A model generated the notes under the pieces. That model searched no databases and was not told the origin of the DNA. It was given only the letters and a program-made list of their open reading frames with translations. The translations under genes and the position numbers were made by a program. DNA of 64,000 nt from Giardia intestinalis. Its lineage: Eukaryota. The DNA is taken from NCBI GenBank assembly GCA_000002435.2, contig CM018792.1; one strand, written 5' to 3'. The stretch's first letter is position 1. Each line of letters opens with the position of its first letter. This document shows, piece after piece, positions 57,214-64,000 of the stretch.

Positions 57214-60200
57214 ATGCTTGATGCAGGGTCTGTAGACAGCTCAGTCATCCACAGCACCACCGGATTTAGTTTTAGTTCGACTGGGTCTCTTACGTACACT
57301 CCAAACGGAAATATCATATCTGTGTCACCTTTTGGACTTATCCGGCACACTTTGACAGCGACTGGGGCAAAGATTGACAAAATTTGTCATCTCGGAGAAT
57401 ACGACCAAGTGGTGACGGCCATTCGCGCCCATCCACGGGAAAGCATTGTGGCAGCGGCGGTTTACGGATCCACACAGGGCTCTATTGCGATAGTCAACAC
57501 AGATACCATGGCGCACACTTATGACATCCCGTGGCCTTCTATTTTTGGCGAGCCGTCGGGACTCTGCTTCTCCCATGATGCAAGCTTCTTGGCAGTCACC
57601 ACTAGATTCCCGGGAGCTGTGTATTTTATAATGATGGAGATGGACGCACACGTTATTGTTGCTTCCGTTGAAGGATTTCTCCCAGACGGAGTGCCCTTTG
57701 CGCCCCAATACTTTCTTGCAGATCCGACAAGCCTCCTATCTGACGAACCTTCGTTCATTGTGGAGGCAGGAATGGCATGCATTCATTTATCCCTGCGGAA
57801 GAAATTCAACTATGATAAGGGGGATCTCTCGCGGCTGTCCTCCAGCTATACATGCACTGCCCAATATGTCCTGAACATGACTGGAGCAACGTCTGTCGAC
57901 TTTGCGCCTTTCTACACTAATAATTATCTTGTTGGAGGATTCCCAGACTCTTCTATTGCCCTCTGCGCCCTGCTAAGGCATCCAGACATACCCCACCGCA
58001 GTACTCTGACCAATAATACGTTCACTAAATATCTCCCAACTACTGTGTCCGGTGTAACCGCACGCTCGGGGCAAACATTTGAGAATATGACTCTTGTCGA
58101 GTGTCTTGCGGCAGATACTTATGTTACATTTAAAGAAATAAATAGGCGAATCAACATTCCACTCATACTTCCTAAGAACGTTCCCACTCCCCGGTTTGGG
58201 GTGAGCTCTATACGGGGAATCGTAGGGGGAACTATCTATGTGCTCATGAAGTCAGGAATGTTCTGCTCATTCTATATATCCAGCACCGAGAAGAGAAGTG
58301 CTGAGCTGGATGATCTAAGTAGCGAGGAAAGCGATACGGAGGGTCAGGGGCCTGATGATGTTAAGAGCACAGCCAAGAAACGTGATGTTCGCTTTGATGC
58401 CATGGACAGGCCGGTAGAAGTCAAGAAGCCGCCACAGCTAGAAGGACACACCATCGAACTGCAGACAGCCATGAAAACCGGCTATATGAGTGTAGCTCTT
58501 AACTTTTCTGCTTGTGTTCTCTTGAATGCGGACCTTGTCCTGTGTGACTCTGGAAAGAACGGCTCAGTGACTTCTATCTTTTCCAGGGCATCGTCAATAG
58601 TCGATGAGATAACATCTTGGAGTGAGACTAGGTCGAATATCACGCTTTGTTCCATGACTGTGGATCGTACGGATCTCACGACTATTGCATGTGTGGTGTA
58701 TGACCCCGCCACAGGGTCTGCCTACCCCGTCTATATGAATCTTCCCCAGGTTAATAATAGGACTGCCCTTCAGTGTGTCATGCGCCCAATATGTGCGCCT
58801 TTCATTTCTCTCTTTGGCTATGTTCACATTAACACTATTTCTGGAGCAGTCCCCTATCTCCGTCAAGTGTCTCAGACTTTTTCGTTTATGAGCAAACAAG
58901 CATCACTGATTGGTTCTGATACTCTCGCCTCCTCTACGCGATCTCAGCCATTGCTTGACCCACTGGATAGCACATCTACTGTAGATGATCCAGTTACTGG
59001 CTTTGAGACAGATAGCCTTGTCGCACTGTTCGGGCATTCTAGTCTGGCGCCATTCATTTCTAGTGCTGGCAGGCTATCCACCCGAATAACACTAGTCGAC
59101 TCTAGCTGTGCCTTCAGCACAAGGAGATTTGTTGTCGCTACAAGTGATGGCACTGTTAGACTTTATGAGTATGATGATCAGTGTATTTCGGTAGTTGCAG
59201 CAGTGAGAATTATAGATACCATTACCTCAATTTCTTGCCATCCCATGGGAAATATTGTTGCGGTAGCGTGCACAGACAGCGTACGTCTCTTAATTACTAA
59301 CTCAGACTCTTTGGTGCTAGAGTACGAGATTCCAATTAAGCTATCAACGTATGTGCGCTTTAATACATCAGGCGGGATCCTTTCTGTACTCAAAGGGAAC
59401 GTTGTGTCTTTGTATGACACCTGGACCAAGCACTGTATCGGGACTCTCGAGGGTCACAATGACATGATTGTGGACATATGCCGTCTACCAAACAAGCTCT
59501 ACAAGGATGTCTTCTTTGTGACAGCGGCGAAGGACGGCATGCTTTATCTTTGGAGCCAGGCTGGGGTACGCATATCTGAGATAATAGGCAGAATTCGCTT
59601 TACGTCTCTTTCTCCGTACACTGCACCTATACCTGAGTTTGGCAAATACCCCCCTGTTTTAACATGCGGAAATGGCTGCATTCATCTCTGCGACTTTAAT
59701 TCTAATTTGGTGTTATTTACAGGTTATTATGAAGAAGAAATAGACCAAAATGTGGTATGTCTGCGGCATATACTCTATGACGACTACAGAGACATAGTGT
59801 ATGCCTCAGACATCGATGGCCGTATTCATTCGCTTTTGTTTCCAGACAGCCTCAAGGACAAGTGTCTTCGCATAATAGAGAATAGCAAGACGGGGATGGT
59901 CGGGGTAGACTTGCAGCCAGAGCCGACACCCCTCCGTCAAGCAGAAATGAAACTCCCATATGTCCGATTTTCCACGTCTATGAGTATTGTGGAAACCAAT
60001 CTGCAGGCGACCTTTGGTGCAGGTCTCATGAGCACATACCGCTCGGGCATCACCTCAACGGATCGTCAGCTAACAGCATCCTCTACGACCAAGCGGAAGA
60101 CTCCCGTGTCTGTTCCAACGTCTTCAGAGACACAGAGGCAGATAGAACAGCCTTCTGATGCATCGGACATAGATCTGCCCGAGGTAGCTGGGCCACAGAA

Positions 60201-61977
60201 GCATCTCATTGGAAAGATATCTCGATCTTTTGAAGAAATACAAAAGACAAAGTCTCCCTTGGTTGTAAGGCTTGCTCTTTCTCCAGATCACAAATATCTT
60301 CTTGTCACTAGCACTAATCAAAATGGCTGTTTCACACTTGTCCTTCTTCCAGGCCCATACAAGCCATGCATCCACAGAAAGTTTAGGGAGCTTGCCAGCG
60401 ACATCGGTGTCTTCAAGAATGAGGAGGCTGGTTTCATTGACACAGATATTTTGGTTGACGAATCCTATCTGTATGTCTTGCGCAGAATTCTTCTTACACT
60501 ACTCGATCGCACAAAAGAGGCCGAGCTAGAGTTTGAGCACACAGTTCGGATAGTCATCCAACGGCATGAAAAGGCGGCAGAGGCCGAAAAGTCTCTAGCT
60601 GCTCAGGAACTGGAGAGCGCAAAGCAGCGAACAGACCTATTAGTGAACAACGCCGAGCGAGAGGCAGAGCAATATGAGGCAGAGCTGCATTCACTGGATC
60701 GAATGCACTCTGCAGCCCTAGAGAAATTGGAAGCACAGTATCGTATTAAGGTGCAAGCCAGTCATGAAAAGCATGAGAAACTCAAGCTGGATCTTGAAGC
60801 GTCCCAGACCTACTTAAATGATACGCTCGCTGAGCTCATGAAGCAGCGTGACAGTCGTATGGAATCAACTTTTACAGCATACAATAGGGAAGAGGAAATG
60901 ATCAAGAAGAAATTGTCTAAACTCGATTCTGATCGCGCACAGCTACGCAAGGAGTACCAGGAGCTGCTAAGACAGAGTGACGAAGATGCAGACGTCCAGC
61001 TGCAGGAACTTCAGTCTCGCTACAATGCCCAGCTAGAAGAGCTCCAAACACGCACTAACAGCATTGCCGCAGAAACAGGAATGATAAAGAATAAGTTCCA
61101 GACAATTGAAAAATCAATCCTAACCTATCAAGGAAGCGTTGCTACGTGCGAGAATACCCTTCACAACTTACAACAAACAAGTAACAGCCTCAAGGCAGAA
61201 ATACAACTTGCTCGGGCGGAGGCAGAGGCTCGAAATGAGGCCATCGTGTCCCGGGAGCGGCTTATCTACTCCTTAAAGAAGGAGGCTAAAGATCTTGAAA
61301 AGCATCGCTTTGTCTTAGACTTCAAAATTAAGGAGCTACGTAAGTGCATAGAGCCACGAGAGACAGAGATAAGCGACCTCAAAGAGCAGATAAGGGAGCT
61401 GAGCAACGAGCTGGAGAATTTCCACAAGGCTGCTGCTATATTGGAGAATGTTATCCAGGGACATAAGGATGAAAGCGCCGAGCTGAAGAATAACCTTCTT
61501 CGTCTCAAGTCGGATAACCAACTTCTTCGCAATAAGCTTATGCATTTGGAGCATGATGTACATGACTTGGCTGACGTGCACGGTAGCATACCACTTGCCA
61601 CTCTCAAGGAGAAGTGTCGGACGCTGTTCGATCAGTATGGTGGCTTCAACATCATAGATGCAGACGCAGCTTCGGCCGCCAACGAGAAGGAGCGTCACCA
61701 ACAGTACCTTGTCAAGGCAATCAATATGCTCACCCGTGAACTCCAGAATTCCAAGGATGCAACAGTGACGGAGAACGCTAGGATAGTGGAAGAGAATGCA
61801 GAGCTGCTCAAAGAGGCTGCCGTGTTGCGGCGAGAGATACAGAAGATTTTGCACGGTCCCATCACCCAACAAAACACGGAGAACAGCAAGGTTTTTGCTG
61901 CACGCCTCACTGCTCAGGAAGCAGAGATCAAGCGGCTCAAGAAGCGCATCGTTGAGCTTCAGAACGCCGATGATTAA
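57214..61977 (+). CDS. WD40 beta-propeller plus long C-terminal coiled-coil protein (1587 aa); CFAP43/44/57-like flagellar-type architecture
   Basis: N-terminal WD-like blades (e.g. ...DVFFVTAAKDGMLYLWSQ). The C-terminal roughly 450 aa are a heptad-rich coiled coil (EAELEFEHTVRIVIQRHEKAAEAEKSLAAQELESAKQRTDLL...LKKRIVELQNADD). The family call is by architecture only. Confidence 0.7.
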   Translation: MLDAGSVDSSVIHSTTGFSFSSTGSLTYTPNGNIISVSPFGLIRHTLTATGAKIDKICHLGEYDQVVTAIRAHPRESIVAAAVYGSTQGSIAIVNTDTMAHTYDIPWPSIFGEPSGLCFSHDASFLAVTTRFPGAVYFIMMEMDAHVIVASVEGFLPDGVPFAPQYFLADPTSLLSDEPSFIVEAGMACIHLSLRKKFNYDKGDLSRLSSSYTCTAQYVLNMTGATSVDFAPFYTNNYLVGGFPDSSIALCALLRHPDIPHRSTLTNNTFTKYLPTTVSGVTARSGQTFENMTLVECLAADTYVTFKEINRRINIPLILPKNVPTPRFGVSSIRGIVGGTIYVLMKSGMFCSFYISSTEKRSAELDDLSSEESDTEGQGPDDVKSTAKKRDVRFDAMDRPVEVKKPPQLEGHTIELQTAMKTGYMSVALNFSACVLLNADLVLCDSGKNGSVTSIFSRASSIVDEITSWSETRSNITLCSMTVDRTDLTTIACVVYDPATGSAYPVYMNLPQVNNRTALQCVMRPICAPFISLFGYVHINTISGAVPYLRQVSQTFSFMSKQASLIGSDTLASSTRSQPLLDPLDSTSTVDDPVTGFETDSLVALFGHSSLAPFISSAGRLSTRITLVDSSCAFSTRRFVVATSDGTVRLYEYDDQCISVVAAVRIIDTITSISCHPMGNIVAVACTDSVRLLITNSDSLVLEYEIPIKLSTYVRFNTSGGILSVLKGNVVSLYDTWTKHCIGTLEGHNDMIVDICRLPNKLYKDVFFVTAAKDGMLYLWSQAGVRISEIIGRIRFTSLSPYTAPIPEFGKYPPVLTCGNGCIHLCDFNSNLVLFTGYYEEEIDQNVVCLRHILYDDYRDIVYASDIDGRIHSLLFPDSLKDKCLRIIENSKTGMVGVDLQPEPTPLRQAEMKLPYVRFSTSMSIVETNLQATFGAGLMSTYRSGITSTDRQLTASSTTKRKTPVSVPTSSETQRQIEQPSDASDIDLPEVAGPQKHLIGKISRSFEEIQKTKSPLVVRLALSPDHKYLLVTSTNQNGCFTLVLLPGPYKPCIHRKFRELASDIGVFKNEEAGFIDTDILVDESYLYVLRRILLTLLDRTKEAELEFEHTVRIVIQRHEKAAEAEKSLAAQELESAKQRTDLLVNNAEREAEQYEAELHSLDRMHSAALEKLEAQYRIKVQASHEKHEKLKLDLEASQTYLNDTLAELMKQRDSRMESTFTAYNREEEMIKKKLSKLDSDRAQLRKEYQELLRQSDEDADVQLQELQSRYNAQLEELQTRTNSIAAETGMIKNKFQTIEKSILTYQGSVATCENTLHNLQQTSNSLKAEIQLARAEAEARNEAIVSRERLIYSLKKEAKDLEKHRFVLDFKIKELRKCIEPRETEISDLKEQIRELSNELENFHKAAAILENVIQGHKDESAELKNNLLRLKSDNQLLRNKLMHLEHDVHDLADVHGSIPLATLKEKCRTLFDQYGGFNIIDADAASAANEKERHQQYLVKAINMLTRELQNSKDATVTENARIVEENAELLKEAAVLRREIQKILHGPITQQNTENSKVFAARLTAQEAEIKRLKKRIVELQNADD

Positions 61978-62114
61978 AAATTTATTCAGCTTACAATCTG
62001 CAATCTGTATTTTTATGATGTTATGAACTATATCTCTGTTACAAATTGCTTTAGTGTAAATACCTTATGATGTTTATTTTAAGTTTCAAAATTTAATTTC
62101 TAAATCACAAGCCG

Positions 62115-64000
62115 ATGGAGCACCGTCGTCTACCTCCCCAGTTCTCTTACGTTCAGCTTCTCGGGGAGACGGGCTTTGGGGCTAGTATTCTTGCCCAGCG
62201 CAGGGACACCGGAGTTGGGGTCGCTGTAAAGGACGTTAACACGCAAACGCTCACCGAACTTGGCCGCGTAAAGCTCGAGCAGAACATTGAGCGCATTCGT
62301 TCTCTTCATCATCCCAACGTCAATCCCTATTACGAGACGTACACCACAGAGACCGACCACTTTTACATAACCTCTGACTATCTGCCCCAGGGGAGTCTTC
62401 GTGATGAGATTGCCGCGCGTAAATATGACAATTCACCGTTTCCGGAAGAACGTATCTGGGCTATTATCTCACAGATCCTCCAATCCCTCGCATATCTTCA
62501 CGCTCGCATGAAAGCAAACGCTCCTGACGCGGGTTGCATCATTCATGGGAATTTGAAGCCAAGCAATATACTATTGTGTGATGATGGTCCTCTGCGCGTG
62601 ACTGATTACGCCATTCGTCCGTCTTCCTCAAATAGGGTCTTCTCTACCACGACAAACGATTACACCGTTTGCTATAAGGCTCCAGAGGTGCTGATGCACA
62701 AACCATGTGACGAAAAGCAGGATATCTGGTCTCTGGGATGCATTCTCCTCGAGATGTGCTCTCTCTCATATCCGGCGTTGATTAAGTCGGGGGTTCCCCT
62801 CGAGGATAATTTTCGCGAGGAGCCTGATTGCATTATTCCACAGAAGTACAGTAATACTATTCGTATTTTCTTAGACCATACTCTTGTTCTAGATCCGTCT
62901 AAGAGATTGTCTGCTGCTGAGCTGCTAATGTTCCCGATAATAACGGAAAGCCTGCAAAAGTTATCATTCAAATATGCACCAGAGGATGATCTGCGGCGTA
63001 GCTCTAATATTTTTGTCTACAAGGAGTCTGAGCAGCGTCAGACAGAGATGGTTGAATCTCTCCCTATGGTTCCTGTGGCTCCTCTTGACGATAACTACGT
63101 AGGAACTCCCTTCCTAGGCCGAGCACCGCCTCCTCTTGTAGCTACCACCAAGGAGTATGTACTGGCTGAAAATAGTACTCTACTGCACGTCTCTGCCTCA
63201 AAAGGTGATGTAGATGGAATTAGAACATATATAAGCATGGCAAGAGCTAAGAATGATGACGGGCTCACGGCTCTAATGGTGGCAGCCCAATTCAATCAGC
63301 CCGAAAGCTGTCGTGAGTTGCTGAACTATGAGTGCTATCTTCGGGATGACTATGCAACTACGGCTCTTATGATTGCAGCTACAGAGGGACACATAGACTG
63401 TGTTCGTGTGTTGATGACTCGAGAAGCCGGGTTTATGCGCCCTGACAGAGCCTGTGCATATAGCCTCGCCATGGCTAAAGGGCACATACATGTCGCTAAC
63501 TTGCTAAAGCCTATCGAGGACGTCTGGCGTGACGATAAGGGAAACACGGCTCTAATTCTTGCGGCAATGGCCGGTAACTTAAAACAAGTTACTGATAACC
63601 TCGACAAGGTTCGATTCACTAATGCGCAAGGGAAAACCGCGCTGATGTACGCATCAGAAGGTAATCACGTTGACATAGTGAAAATCCTTACTCCAGATGA
63701 ATCTGGAATACATAAACTTGGGACAAATAACTGCATCGGTGCAACAGCCTTGATGCTAGCATCCAGTGCGGGTCATACACACGTAGCAGAAATACTTGCT
63801 CATTACGAGGCTGGAAAGGTGAAGCACAATGGCTGGACAGCTCTGATGTTTGCAGCCCAGAACGGCCATGACGAAATTATACCCTATCTCATAGATAAGG
63901 AGGCACGTAGGCAGCTTGTGGATGGGTGGACAGCCCTTATGTTTTCTGCAAAAGGAAACTTTATCAAGTGTATGGACAGACTCATTGAATTTGAAGCAGG
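62115..64000 (+). CDS. NEK-family kinase-like protein with ankyrin repeats, 3'-partial in the window (likely pseudokinase)
   Basis: I translated it by hand from the ATG at 62115 to the window end with no stop (MEHRRLPPQFSYVQLLGETGFGASILA..VAVKDV..GCIIHGNLKPSNILL..VTDYAI..DIWSLGCILLEM.., then GLTALMVAAQFNQPESC, TALMIAATEGHIDCVRVLM, ...). HGN replaces HRD and DYA replaces DFG. It is absent from the ORF track because it has no in-window stop. Confidence 0.8.
   Translation, partial: MEHRRLPPQFSYVQLLGETGFGASILAQRRDTGVGVAVKDVNTQTLTELGRVKLEQNIERIRSLHHPNVNPYYETYTTETDHFYITSDYLPQGSLRDEIAARKYDNSPFPEERIWAIISQILQSLAYLHARMKANAPDAGCIIHGNLKPSNILLCDDGPLRVTDYAIRPSSSNRVFSTTTNDYTVCYKAPEVLMHKPCDEKQDIWSLGCILLEMCSLSYPALIKSGVPLEDNFREEPDCIIPQKYSNTIRIFLDHTLVLDPSKRLSAAELLMFPIITESLQKLSFKYAPEDDLRRSSNIFVYKESEQRQTEMVESLPMVPVAPLDDNYVGTPFLGRAPPPLVATTKEYVLAENSTLLHVSASKGDVDGIRTYISMARAKNDDGLTALMVAAQFNQPESCRELLNYECYLRDDYATTALMIAATEGHIDCVRVLMTREAGFMRPDRACAYSLAMAKGHIHVANLLKPIEDVWRDDKGNTALILAAMAGNLKQVTDNLDKVRFTNAQGKTALMYASEGNHVDIVKILTPDESGIHKLGTNNCIGATALMLASSAGHTHVAEILAHYEAGKVKHNGWTALMFAAQNGHDEIIPYLIDKEARRQLVDGWTALMFSAKGNFIKCMDRLIEFEA

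Noticed and set aside
1-64000. Prokaryotic-style defence systems, CRISPR arrays, operons, tRNA/rRNA genes
   Set aside because: The sequence is eukaryotic (Giardia), so this does not apply. I saw no CRISPR-like direct repeats and no obvious tRNA A/B boxes in the few ORF-free gaps. The largest gap (51243-51578) looks like a plain divergent promoter region.

Overview
This window is nuclear DNA of the diplomonad Giardia intestinalis (lamblia), not a prokaryote. Three things in the sequence support that. Two ORFs are 740-aa cysteine-rich proteins with repeated CxxC and GGCY motifs, a signal peptide, a C-terminal TM helix and the invariant VSP tail ...CRGKA, followed immediately after the stop by the VSP-specific extended polyadenylation motif ACTTAGATAGTAAAC. 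Every well-supported gene has a short AT-rich initiator directly abutting its ATG. There are NEK-type kinases fused to TALM-type ankyrin repeats. Most of the window is an ordinary, very gene-dense core region with intergenic gaps of about 20-340 nt. Its genes are a Nop14-like nucleolar protein, a PreP-like M16C peptidase, cathepsin B, a high-cysteine membrane protein, tRNase Z, a RING protein, a class I HDAC, a UBR-box giant protein, a plant-type LRR protein, two NEK/ankyrin pseudokinases, a WD40+coiled-coil protein and several orphan giants. Embedded in one intergenic gap (3375-20916) is a 17.5-kb accessory island. It consists of a perfect, indel-free 7,289-bp inverted repeat whose arms each carry an identical VSP gene (head-to-head) and a GC-rich NEK/ankyrin pseudogene. 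The 2.96-kb spacer between the arms is occupied by a decayed non-LTR retrotransposon with an RT domain (IPK..RPI, LDTKNAF, GVPQGDPLS, YADD) and a CCHC + PD-D/ExK REL-endonuclease domain in a different frame. The ORF track uses alternative start codons (GTG/TTG), so I re-anchored starts on the ATG preceded by the AT-rich initiator. No rRNA, tRNA or CRISPR was recognised by eye.
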